From an uncultured Chthonomonadaceae bacterium (lineage in GTDB: Bacteria > Armatimonadota > Chthonomonadetes > Chthonomonadales > CAJBBX01): a stretch of 64,000 nt of DNA. The position numbers were made by a program, and so were the translations under genes. The stretch covers positions 106,240-170,239 of the forward strand of contig CAYSDM010000001.1 of assembly GCA_964429855.1 (NCBI GenBank), given 5' to 3'. The notes below the pieces were generated by a model that saw only the letters and a program-made list of their open reading frames with translations, did no database searches and was not told the origin of the DNA. The stretch's first letter is position 1; each line of letters opens with the position of its first letter. Positions 1-8,487 of the stretch are shown here, one piece after another.

Positions 1-521
1 GCGATCACGGCGCTGTTCATTGCGTCGCGCACGCGATTCTTGCGGGTATGGATGTCGTGCTGAATCGTCTCCAGATGCGACTCGAAATAGGAGTCGGGGA
101 GCGTATCCTCCTGCATGGCGAGCGCGGCAAGAAGAAGCCAGCCGACTCTCCCGATCCACTCCTCTTCAGACTCCATCCAGACTTCCGCCTTCTGCCGGAC
201 AAAGCGTGTCTTCGCCGCCATGTCGCGGAAGGCGTCCGCGATCGCATAACAGTCCAGATCCGCCGCCCAGCCGTCCAGCAGAGCCTCCTCGACCGCCTGC
301 GGGTCGGCGATCATGGTTGCCAGAACGCGGGCATCATGGTTGCCAGTCTTCCACAGCGCCTGCGCCAGCGCGTGGTCTTTCTTGATCTTCTTGCGAAGAG
401 CCTCCAGCGCCGCGTAACTGACCCCGAAAAGCGGATCGGGCACGCCGTGCCTTCGATAGGTTTTACGGGTCTGCTCTGTTCCCTGCGCCTCCATCGCGCA
501 CATCGCTTCCTGTTCCGTCAT
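1..521 (-). CDS. DNA alkylation repair protein (AlkD/AlkC-like HEAT-repeat family), partial; 3' end runs off the window
   Basis: Absent from the ORF track because it is open at the left edge. My translation of the complement from ATG 521 reads MTEQEAMCAMEAQGTEQTRKTYRRHGVPDPLFGVSYAALEALRKKIKKDHALAQALWKTGNHDARVLATMIADP..DGWAADLDCYAIADAF.., the typical DNA_alkylation family pattern. The overlapping + strand ORFs 20..385 and 48..644 are Arg/Pro-rich and have no motifs. Confidence 0.7.
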   Translation of the reverse strand, partial: MTEQEAMCAMEAQGTEQTRKTYRRHGVPDPLFGVSYAALEALRKKIKKDHALAQALWKTGNHDARVLATMIADPQAVEEALLDGWAADLDCYAIADAFRDMAAKTRFVRQKAEVWMESEEEWIGRVGWLLLAALAMQEDTLPDSYFESHLETIQHDIHTRKNRVRDAMNSAVI

Positions 522-592
522 CGGTGTACGATCTCCTCTACATACAGTATTCAGGAGACGTTCTCGCGCAGGACAGGGCGAGGCGGAAAATC

Positions 593-1384
593 TCAGCGCA
601 TCTCCTGGCCGCCGGTGACGTTGATCGCCTGTCCGGTCATGTAGCTGGCTTCGTCGGAGGCGAGAAACGTCACCACGTTACAGACATCGTCATAGGTACA
701 ACCGCGACCGAGCGGAACCTGCGACTCGTACTTGCGGCGCACCTCCTCCACCGTAATTCCCTGATTGCGCGCATACTGCTCGTAGAGACTCTCTTGCCAG
801 AGCGTCCCGTCCAGCAGGTTGCCGGGACAGACCGCGTTCACCCGGATGCCATGCGGAGCCAGATCGAGCGCGATGGACTGCGTCAGTCCGATGCCCCCGA
901 ATTTGCTGGCGGCATAGGCGGAGTTGCGAAAGCTGCCCTTCTTGCCCGACTTGGAGTTGATCTGAATGATGACCCCGCGCTTGCGCGCTACCATGATTCG
1001 GGCGGCGGCGCGGGCGCACAGGAAGTAGCCGAACAGGTTTACGTCCATCACCTTGCGCCAGGCGTCGGCGGGAAACTCGGTGATGTCGTTGGCGATCAGA
1101 ATGCCCGCGTTGGCGACGAGAATATCCAGCCCGTCAAACATCTCCTCCGTCGCCTGCGCCATCGCCTCGCAGTCCTCTTCACGGGTCACATCCACCTTCA
1201 GCGCCAGCGTCTTGCAGCCGTGCTTCGCCTCAATCGCGTCCGCCGCCTTCTGCGCCTGCTCCTGCCGTATATCCGCGATGACAACCGCCCGGCAGCCCTC
1301 CGCCGCCATCCGATGGGCTATTGCCTCGCCCAGTCCCTGCGCTGCGCCCGTTATCACCGCGACACGGTTCTTCAATCGCTCCAT
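593..1384 (-). CDS. SDR-family oxidoreductase, sorbitol-6-phosphate 2-dehydrogenase (SrlD/GutD)-like
   Basis: Shows TGAAQGLG Rossmann motif, NSKSGKKGS..YAASKFGGIGLTQSLA catalytic Y-x3-K region and C-terminal YMTGQAINVTGGQEM. Collinear with E. coli SrlD as I recall it. Confidence 0.8.
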   Translation of the reverse strand: MERLKNRVAVITGAAQGLGEAIAHRMAAEGCRAVVIADIRQEQAQKAADAIEAKHGCKTLALKVDVTREEDCEAMAQATEEMFDGLDILVANAGILIANDITEFPADAWRKVMDVNLFGYFLCARAAARIMVARKRGVIIQINSKSGKKGSFRNSAYAASKFGGIGLTQSIALDLAPHGIRVNAVCPGNLLDGTLWQESLYEQYARNQGITVEEVRRKYESQVPLGRGCTYDDVCNVVTFLASDEASYMTGQAINVTGGQEMR

Positions 1385-1463
1385 CTCCGCTCTTGCTCCT
1401 TCGCTCGTTCACTCTGTTTCCGGCGGCATTCGTCCTGCCGGCGTCTTCTGCTGATCCGGCGGT

Positions 1464-2018
1464 CTATCCCAACAGTTTCGCCAGATACTGCTGAATGGCG
1501 TCGTTAAAGCGTCCCTGAGTCTTGAGGATCACCTCGCAGATTTCGCGCACGGCTCCCTCGCCGCCGCCGCGCTCCGTAATCAGGTCGGCCAGCCCCTTGA
1601 TCTCATGGACGGCATTGGCAGGGGCGATCTTCATGCCCGCCAGCGAGAAGGCGGGCAGATCGTTCCAGTCGTCGCCGATATAGGCGACCTGCGCCGTCTC
1701 CAGTCCGTAGGTCGCCATCAGTTCTGCCAGCGGCGCGGCTTTATTGGGAACGCTCTGATAGAGATGAGTCACGCCAAGCTCCCGCGCGCGGCGTTCTACC
1801 GCCTCGCTGGCGCGCCCGGAGATAATAGCGACGATCAGACCGCCGTTGAGAGCCAGTTGCAGACCCAGTCCGTCCGCGACCGAAAAACGCTTGGTCTCCG
1901 GTTCGCTGCCGGTGTAGGAGATTCCGCCGTCCGTCAGCACGCCGTCCACGTCCATCGCCAACAGGCGGACTGCGGCGAGACGCTCCGCAAGGGGCGGGGT
2001 GTTGGATGATTGGGTCAT
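1464..2018 (-). CDS. kdsC: 3-deoxy-D-manno-octulosonate 8-phosphate phosphatase (HAD superfamily, KdsC type)
   Basis: DVDGVLTDG HAD motif I, then SGR...GDDWNDLP motif, at about 180 aa. Lies directly downstream of kdsD. Confidence 0.85.
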   Translation of the reverse strand: MTQSSNTPPLAERLAAVRLLAMDVDGVLTDGGISYTGSEPETKRFSVADGLGLQLALNGGLIVAIISGRASEAVERRARELGVTHLYQSVPNKAAPLAELMATYGLETAQVAYIGDDWNDLPAFSLAGMKIAPANAVHEIKGLADLITERGGGEGAVREICEVILKTQGRFNDAIQQYLAKLLG

Positions 2019-2066
2019 AGGGTATTTGCGTTTCTGTCCGGGTGTGTCGCGGAAGATGACGCGCCG

Positions 2067-3041
2067 CTACACGATTCCGGCGCGCAGAAGGTCTTTGAGC
2101 ATAATCAAGCCGATGGGACGCCCTTCGGCATCCACCACCGGCGCTTCGCCGGGCTGTCGGGGCGAATCCTCCAGAATCGCCAGCGCCTCCACCGCCAGCG
2201 GATTGCCCACTATGGCAAGGGGATTCGGGGTCATGGCATCCTGAGTTGCATGGCGAAGCGCGTTCTCATCCCGCAGAAGCGCGCGTCGAATGTCGCCGTC
2301 CGTCACAATGCCGACCAGTTTCCCCTGCTCATCCACGACAAAGGCGCATCCGGCGCGCGCCTTTGAGATGCCGAAGAGCGTATCGTGCAGAGGGGCGTCA
2401 CCGGCAATAACCACCATACGATCCCCGGAGCGCATCACATCGGCGACGCGCAGAGTCAGCCGACGACCGAGCGCGCCTGCCGGGTGATAGAGCGCAAAAT
2501 CCTCTTTGGTGAAGCCCCGCTCCTCCATCACGCAGATCGCCAGCGCATCGCACAGCGCAAGCATGGCAATCGCGCTGGTGGTCGGAGCCAGTCCCAGCGG
2601 ACAGGCTTCGCCCTCGACCGATACCTCCAGCGTCACCTGCGCGGCGTTCGCCAGCGTGGAGCCCGTATTGCCGACCATCGCCACGATGCAGGCTCCGATC
2701 CGTCCGATGGTCGGAAGCAGGCGAATCACCTCATCGCTCTCGCCGCTGTAAGAGAGCGCAAGCACCACATCGTCCGCCGTGACCACGCCGAGATCGCCAT
2801 GCACCCCCTCCGCCGGATGCAGATAGAGCGCGGGCGTGCCGGTGGAGGCAAGAGTCGCGGCGGTCTTGCGGGCAATCGCTCCGGCTTTTCCCACGCCGGT
2901 CGTGATGACGCGCCCCTTGCAGTGCAGGAGCCGATCCACTGCCTGTAGAAAACGGTCGTCCAGTCGGTTTGAGAGCGCGCGAATCGCCTTCGCCTCCTGC
3001 TCCAGTACGCCGCGCGCGCGATCTAAAACGTGTGTCTGCAT
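2067..3041 (-). CDS. kdsD: Arabinose-5-phosphate isomerase (KpsF/GutQ/KdsD family; SIS + tandem CBS)
   Basis: SIS domain (GRVITTGVGKAGAIARK, SYSGESDE) followed by CBS pair (LVGIVTDGDIRR). The track ORF extends to 3200, but I place the start at ATG 3041 (MQTHVLDRARG..), which gives a family-typical length of 324 aa. Confidence 0.9.
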   Translation of the reverse strand: MQTHVLDRARGVLEQEAKAIRALSNRLDDRFLQAVDRLLHCKGRVITTGVGKAGAIARKTAATLASTGTPALYLHPAEGVHGDLGVVTADDVVLALSYSGESDEVIRLLPTIGRIGACIVAMVGNTGSTLANAAQVTLEVSVEGEACPLGLAPTTSAIAMLALCDALAICVMEERGFTKEDFALYHPAGALGRRLTLRVADVMRSGDRMVVIAGDAPLHDTLFGISKARAGCAFVVDEQGKLVGIVTDGDIRRALLRDENALRHATQDAMTPNPLAIVGNPLAVEALAILEDSPRQPGEAPVVDAEGRPIGLIMLKDLLRAGIV

Positions 3042-3421
3042 AGTGATGAGATTGTAGCAGGTAATTCGTGGGCCATTCAAGTAGGCGTTTGCATCCGGGG
3101 CACGGCGCAACTGCGTTTCGGCGTTACCCGCCTGCGGGCCGTCACTCCGGCTCGGTCGGGCGAATGACTGCCTGCTCGATGGCGAGCGCGTAGAGACCAC
3201 CGAAGCATGTGATCGCCCGGGGCGATGGGAAGCATATTACCGGGAATGCCCGGTCGCCCCGGGCCATATCCCTCCTGCTCCCGCAGGTCTTCCAGCCCAT
3301 CTAGCGCGCGACGGTAAAGCATGTCAACGCCAGCGGGTCGGGTCCGCTTACGAACCGCTGCCTATCGCCGAGCGTTATGTTAGCGGGTTTTGGTTTTCAT
3401 ATTCAGCATTACGCCTGAGAA

Positions 3422-4294
3422 TCACTCCGGCAGCAGCGCCGTCATCAGTTGATCCGTCGAGAGGGGAAGATAGACACGCCGCGTACCGGCAATCGTGTCG
3501 AACTGAATCCAGCCTTCGCGCTCCGCCTCGCGCAGACGCGCCCCGATCACCGCCGGGGGAACAACGAAGGTGCGCGCAAACGCCGCCCGTTCGATCCGAT
3601 CCGTGGACGGAGCCAGAGGATCGCAGGAGAACTCGTCATACAGGCACCAGAGAAACGCCGCGAGAGACAGTCCATGCGGCGCAAGGGTGTAGGCGAGGGT
3701 TCGTTTCGGCGCGCCCGACAACGAGACCGACAGGATGATGCCCGCCTGCCGCAGTATGCGCATCGCCAGAGCGACGGTGCGTGCGCTGGTGAAGCCGAAC
3801 GACTCACGGGCGTACCAGGTCAGAAACGGCAGCGTCAACATCGGTTCAATCGTCAGCAGCCGTCCGGTATTGTATTTCGCCAGATCATCTTCAGTTGCGC
3901 CGCGCGGCGGCTGTCCGTCGAGGAAGTAGGGAGTCAGGGCATCGCGGGCAATCGCGCCGATCAGTCCGTCGGTGCGCGCGACGGCGTAGTAGATCAGTTC
4001 GCGCTGCGCCTCCGAGTCGCCGATCCCCGCCACCAGTCGCGCAAAAGCGAACCGCCGCTCCGAAACGCTGCTGCCTGCCGCCAGGCGCTGGAGAAGCTTC
4101 TCCGCCACCCGCGTGCGCATAGAGGCGGAGGAGTAGTTCAGACTCTCCGCCAGTTGCGCGGTCAGACCGTCTCTCTCTGACCATGATCCGCTCTGCGCGA
4201 TGATTCCGGCGGCAGACGCCGTCTCTCGCAGGTAGAGCTCCTGCCCAAAGGTGGCATACACGATGCTCTCGATGACCTCCTCATGCTCCGGCAA
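3422..4294 (-). CDS. Hypothetical protein (about 290 aa, no family recognised)
   Basis: Long ORF with coding-like composition. The longest form starts at GTG 4420 but would overlap the divergent SRAP start and an AT-rich promoter-like stretch containing TATAAT on this strand (4375..4370). TTG 4294 is preceded by GGGAGA 7 nt upstream, so I prefer it. The start is uncertain; the alternative is GTG 4261. Confidence 0.6.
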   Translation of the reverse strand: MPEHEEVIESIVYATFGQELYLRETASAAGIIAQSGSWSERDGLTAQLAESLNYSSASMRTRVAEKLLQRLAAGSSVSERRFAFARLVAGIGDSEAQRELIYYAVARTDGLIGAIARDALTPYFLDGQPPRGATEDDLAKYNTGRLLTIEPMLTLPFLTWYARESFGFTSARTVALAMRILRQAGIILSVSLSGAPKRTLAYTLAPHGLSLAAFLWCLYDEFSCDPLAPSTDRIERAAFARTFVVPPAVIGARLREAEREGWIQFDTIAGTRRVYLPLSTDQLMTALLPE

Positions 4295-4388
4295 TTTCCG
4301 GTCTCCCTGCTGCCGGAGGAGTATCTTCCATAGAAAGTGAAACGGGATGTATGTTCCCTTTACAGTTCTATTATAGCGGAGAGAGGCA

Positions 4389-5078
4389 ATGTGTGGACGA
4401 TTTACACTGACGCGCACCACCGATGAGGTGGCGAAACGCTTCGGCGCGGACGCCGGGCAGATCCGGCTTCCCCTTCAGTACAACATCGCGCCAACGCAGA
4501 TCGTTGCCGCTGTTCGGCAAAACGGCACGCGCGCGCTGGAGGCGTTTCAGTGGGGGCTGATTCCCTTCTGGGCGCGTGATCCGCAGATCGGCAGCCGCCT
4601 GATAAATGCCCGTGCTGAGACGCTGGCGGAGAAACCCGCCTTCAAACACGCGCTGTCACGCCGCCGCTGTCTGATACCGTCGGACGGCTTCTACGAATGG
4701 AAGAAGGAGGGGCGTTCCCGGCAGCCGGTCTATATTCGCCGGAGAGACGGCGCGCTCTTCGCTTTCGCGGGACTCTGGGAGACCTGGGAGTCGCCGGAGG
4801 GCGAAGCGCGCCGCACCTGCACGATCATCACCGTCGAGCCGAACACTCTCCTCGCCGATATCCACAGCCGGATGCCCGCCATACTGACGCCGGAGAGCGA
4901 AGAAGTCTGGCTCGATCCGGGCGAGAAGAATCTGGCGCGCCTGCTGACGTGCCTGACTCCCTATCCCTCGGAAGAGATGGACTTCTATCCGGTCTCGCGA
5001 CTCGTCAACTCGCCCGTCAACGACAGCCCGGAGTGTCTCCGACCGCTCGATGCCGACGAACCCACTCTCTTCGGTTAG
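4389..5078 (+). CDS. SOS response-associated peptidase (SRAP; YedK/HMCES family, abasic-site DNA-protein crosslink)
   Basis: N-terminal MCGRF with catalytic Cys2, plus YNIAPTQ, NARAETLAEKPAF, DGFYEW and GLWE motifs. GGAGAGAGG Shine-Dalgarno lies before the ATG. Confidence 0.95.
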   Translation: MCGRFTLTRTTDEVAKRFGADAGQIRLPLQYNIAPTQIVAAVRQNGTRALEAFQWGLIPFWARDPQIGSRLINARAETLAEKPAFKHALSRRRCLIPSDGFYEWKKEGRSRQPVYIRRRDGALFAFAGLWETWESPEGEARRTCTIITVEPNTLLADIHSRMPAILTPESEEVWLDPGEKNLARLLTCLTPYPSEEMDFYPVSRLVNSPVNDSPECLRPLDADEPTLFG

Positions 5079-5085
5079 AGAAAGC

Positions 5086-5658
5086 CTATCGGCTGCGCTG
5101 GTAGGTTCCCATCAGCCTGCCTTCCGCCAGAATATGCCCCTCCATGACGCGCAGAAGGTCTGCCCGCGTCATGCCTGCATCCAGCGTGAGCGGGACATCC
5201 AGCGCATAGAGGATGAAGAGGTAGCGGTGCGGCTTTCCGGCAGGCGGGCAGGGACCGCCATAGCCGAGGCGTTTGAAATCGTTGCTGCCCTGTCGTCCGT
5301 TGTCGGAGATCGCGGCGGTTCTGGGAACGCCTTCCGGCAGCCCCTTCAGGGTCGGCGACAGGTTATAGAGTACCCAGTGCGACCAGGTTCCCGAAGGCGC
5401 GTCCGGGTCTTCGCAGATCAGAGCAAGGCTTCGGGCTTCAACCGGGACGCCGCTCCACGACAGCGGAGGCGAGACGTCAGCCCCATCACAGGTGTGGCGT
5501 GACGGAATGCGCCCGCCTTCTGTAAAGGCGGCGCTGGTCAGGGTGATGCTCATCTTCGCGCTCTCTCTCCCGGCGGTCGGACTCTGTTCATGGCGCGAAC
5601 AGGAGGTCAGTAGTGCCGCCGTTATGAAGACAAAGACGAACGTAATCCACCGTTTCAT
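5086..5658 (-). CDS. PEBP-family (YbhB/YbcL, Raf-kinase-inhibitor-like) lipoprotein
   Basis: Start taken at ATG 5658, MKRWITFVFVFITAALLTSC (lipobox). Carries the CEDPDAP...HWVLYNL...GYGGPCPP.G.HRY.F.LYALD signature. Confidence 0.9.
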   Translation of the reverse strand: MKRWITFVFVFITAALLTSCSRHEQSPTAGRESAKMSITLTSAAFTEGGRIPSRHTCDGADVSPPLSWSGVPVEARSLALICEDPDAPSGTWSHWVLYNLSPTLKGLPEGVPRTAAISDNGRQGSNDFKRLGYGGPCPPAGKPHRYLFILYALDVPLTLDAGMTRADLLRVMEGHILAEGRLMGTYQRSR

Positions 5659-5683
5659 ATCGTTCTGCGGCGTTGGAACGTCG

Positions 5684-5926
5684 CTACAGAGACGCCTGAC
5701 AGGTGCGGCAGATGGGAGTATAGCGCACCAGCGCTTCGACGGGACGCTCCAACGCCTCTTCTGCAGCTGCGGTCGTATCCGGACCGGCTTCCGGGTCGCT
5801 GTCGTAGGAGGCTCCATCCTGTTCACGTGCAAGCCGCACAAAGGTGCCTCCATCCACACGCCTCCGGCTAACCGTCCGCCCGCAGTTGCTGCAAACCACT
5901 ATGATCTCGTAGGCTGTGGATACCAT
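5684..5926 (-). CDS. Small zinc-ribbon protein (80 aa, CxxC...CxxC), hypothetical
   Basis: MVSTAYEIIVVCSNCGRT...PICRTCQASL. A strong SD, GAGAGGAGAAC, sits immediately upstream of ATG 5926. The upstream part of track ORF 5684..6040 has no support. Confidence 0.6.
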   Translation of the reverse strand: MVSTAYEIIVVCSNCGRTVSRRRVDGGTFVRLAREQDGASYDSDPEAGPDTTAAAEEALERPVEALVRYTPICRTCQASL

Positions 5927-6083
5927 TGCGTTCTCCTCTCTGAGACACGGGTTGTAGACACCGATCGCTGCGGACGGCTGTCCGCAGACCCGTCGGCGTT
6001 TCGATCTCCTGCCTTTATCTACGTTTTTCGGAGACGGCAAATCCCGGTTTCTGCGGCAGAGCCGCTCTCGTATAACAAGATAT

Positions 6084-6338
6084 TCACCCCCGCGCGCCAG
6101 ACTCCTGCACCGGTTCGATCAAAGCCGCCACCGCGCCTGCCGGATCGCGGATGACGGCGTATCGCCCGTAGCTTCCCATCTCCAGCGAGCCAGTAATCAC
6201 CGCTGCGGCGGAGCGGGCAGGATTAACGGGGCAAAAACCGAAATAGTGCATACGCAGACCGTTCTCAGGAGTATGGCGGGCGTCTGCAGGAGCCGACAGA
6301 ATGCGAATCTTCTTTTTTATGTTGGTATGGTCAAGCAT
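6084..6338 (-). CDS. Possible VOC/glyoxalase-fold fragment (may be a gene remnant)
   Basis: The C-terminus HYFGF..GSYGRYAVIRDPAGAVAALIEP resembles the last beta-alpha-beta-beta-beta unit of VOC proteins. The ORF is too short for a full domain and overlaps the divergent start of the 6301 gene. Confidence 0.3.
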   Translation of the reverse strand: MLDHTNIKKKIRILSAPADARHTPENGLRMHYFGFCPVNPARSAAAVITGSLEMGSYGRYAVIRDPAGAVAALIEPVQESGARG

Positions 6339-8487
6339 CACTCTTCTTTCGGCGCGAGGGCAAACACGCATGAGTATTCCCGATGACTTTCCGCGGTTTC
6401 AGGTTTCCGGGCATGAGAAGGCGATGCAGAGCCTGCGCCAACTGCACTGGCTGCACTATCCCGGCGCCGGTCCGAAGGCGACCCTCTGGGATGAATGGCT
6501 CTCCACGCCAGGACTCTGGCCCGCTACTTTCCACGCAGACCTGTCCAACGCGATGCGGGCGCAGTGGAGCGCGGTTTTAAGCGAGCGAATCATGGACCCG
6601 GAGGGATATGTCGCCACCCATCAGCACGCCTCCATCGCTCATCAGTTGGGCTGGCCCTTTCCGTTCTGGAATCAGGGACGGGGCGGCTATGGCTGGCACT
6701 TCTCCTTCAAGGATACGGTTGGACCTCCCTGGCGCACGGACCGCCTCAGCACACGCGACGGCTGGACGCTGACCGGAGCCGAAGACGAGGGGATCGGCGA
6801 GGAGGGATGGAGCCTGAAGCTGACCGCGCCGAACGCCGTGCTAACCGCTCCCCCGCAGCCGATAGACAGCTTTCAGTCGCCGTTTATTCAGCTTCGCTGG
6901 CGCGCGGTGGGGCTGGGGGCCGTTCAGCCCTACTTGGAGTGGAGGACGAAAGGGCAGTCGGAGTTCAGCCCGCAACAGCGGGTCTACTTCGCCCCGGTCG
7001 AGAGCGCGACCACGATGCGCTATACGATGATCCCCTGTTACCGCCATCCGCGATGGAAAGGGCAGCAGATCGCGCAGATTCGGATCGGCTTTAGCAATCC
7101 GCAGCCCGGCGCGCAGGTGATCGTCCAGGCGCTCTTCACCCAGTACGATACGCGCCACAACATCAACAGCCAGAACTTTGTGCGGGGCTGCGCGGCCTAT
7201 TTCTGGTGGACTCGCGACCTGGAGTTTCTGCGGCGGAATATCAACCGTATGCGTCTTGCGCTCCGCTATGTGATGACCGAGCATCAGGCGCTGGAGCGAA
7301 AAGTGGTCTTTACCGACTGGGTCGGGCATGACGGGCGCACCGGGCTGCAGCGTAATCCTGACGGCTCCAAGAAGCTGCTCTACGGGGTCGGCATCGGCAA
7401 TAACTACTGGGATCTGCTTCCCTTCGGGTATCTGGACTCCTACGCCACGATCCACTACTATGACGCCTTGCGTTACATGGCGCAGATCGAAGAGGAGATA
7501 GCCGCGCATCCGGAGTGGGATGTTCCTCGCGGGGTGCTCTCCTTCACGCCGCAATTTCTGCGCAAGCACGCCGCCGAGGTGAAGGCGACCGGAAATCGGA
7601 TGTTCTGGAACGCAAAGACAGGGCGGTTTACGGCGGGCGTGGATGCCGATGGGAAGATGCACGACTACGGATTTACATTCGTCAACTGCGAGGCGATCGC
7701 CTACGACTTTGCGACGCCGGCGCACGCCCGCTCGATTATGCAGTGGCTCAGCGGAGAGCGGATCGTCGAGGGAGATACGGCGAAAGGCGCGGACATCTAT
7801 CACTGGCGGTTTGCGCCCCGCGCCACCACCCGGCGCAATCTCGATTACTACGGCTGGTTCTGGAGCGCGCCGGAATCGATACCCTGGGGCGGGCAGGTCC
7901 AGGACGGAGGCGCGGTGCTGGGCTTCTCGTACCACGATCTGATGGCGCGGCTGAAGGTGCGCGGACCGGACGACGCCTGGAGGCGGCTGCAGGAGATCGT
8001 GCGCTGGTTCGACGAGGTGCAGGCGGCGGGCGGCTATCGCGCCTACTACAACGGACAGCGCGAAGGCACGCTGCAGGGCGGCGGCACGGCGGGCGGTCTG
8101 GGGCTGGATCAGGAGTTTTTTGAGAGCGTGCTGGTTCCGCAGACGATGCTGCGGGGCTTTCTGGGCTTTGAGCCTGCCGCCGACGGTTTCCGCCTGAACC
8201 CGCATCTGCCGCAGGAGTGGACTGCGCTCTCAATAGACCGGATTCGCTGGCAGAACCTGATCCTGACGATACGCGCCGACCGACAATCTATCGAGGTGCG
8301 AAAAGAGGGGGACGCGCAGATGCCCTGCTTCGTTGCGCTGCCCGCTGGAGAGTGGAGAGCGACCCTGCTGATGCCGGACGGAACGACGCGGCGCGTGGAT
8401 TCCGGGACGAAGAGAGCGCGGGATCGCGCGCTGAAGATCGAGTGGCAGGGAGCGGCGGGAGTCCGTCTGGAAAGGGAGAAGCCGTGA
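6301..8487 (+). CDS. Secreted protein, tentatively six-hairpin (alpha/alpha)6 glycosidase-like
   Basis: Signal-like N-terminus MRIFFFMLVWSSITLLSARG. The central and C-terminal region (NYWDLLPFGYLDSYATIHYYDALRYM.., GGYRAYYNG.., FEPAADGFRLNPHLP) resembles GH63/GH78-C-type barrels. The family is not assignable by eye. Confidence 0.6.
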   Translation: MRIFFFMLVWSSITLLSARGQTRMSIPDDFPRFQVSGHEKAMQSLRQLHWLHYPGAGPKATLWDEWLSTPGLWPATFHADLSNAMRAQWSAVLSERIMDPEGYVATHQHASIAHQLGWPFPFWNQGRGGYGWHFSFKDTVGPPWRTDRLSTRDGWTLTGAEDEGIGEEGWSLKLTAPNAVLTAPPQPIDSFQSPFIQLRWRAVGLGAVQPYLEWRTKGQSEFSPQQRVYFAPVESATTMRYTMIPCYRHPRWKGQQIAQIRIGFSNPQPGAQVIVQALFTQYDTRHNINSQNFVRGCAAYFWWTRDLEFLRRNINRMRLALRYVMTEHQALERKVVFTDWVGHDGRTGLQRNPDGSKKLLYGVGIGNNYWDLLPFGYLDSYATIHYYDALRYMAQIEEEIAAHPEWDVPRGVLSFTPQFLRKHAAEVKATGNRMFWNAKTGRFTAGVDADGKMHDYGFTFVNCEAIAYDFATPAHARSIMQWLSGERIVEGDTAKGADIYHWRFAPRATTRRNLDYYGWFWSAPESIPWGGQVQDGGAVLGFSYHDLMARLKVRGPDDAWRRLQEIVRWFDEVQAAGGYRAYYNGQREGTLQGGGTAGGLGLDQEFFESVLVPQTMLRGFLGFEPAADGFRLNPHLPQEWTALSIDRIRWQNLILTIRADRQSIEVRKEGDAQMPCFVALPAGEWRATLLMPDGTTRRVDSGTKRARDRALKIEWQGAAGVRLEREKP

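Noticed and set aside
20-644. + strand ORFs 20..385 and 48..644 at the left edge
   Set aside because: The complement strand reads as a clean AlkD-like DNA alkylation repair protein starting at 521 and open at the window edge. The + strand translations have no motifs.
5940-6083. The GCGGAC-ggct-GTCCGC hairpin near 5967..5986 as a terminator or regulatory element
   Set aside because: The stem is a short 6 bp and no T-tract follows on either strand. There is no supporting context.
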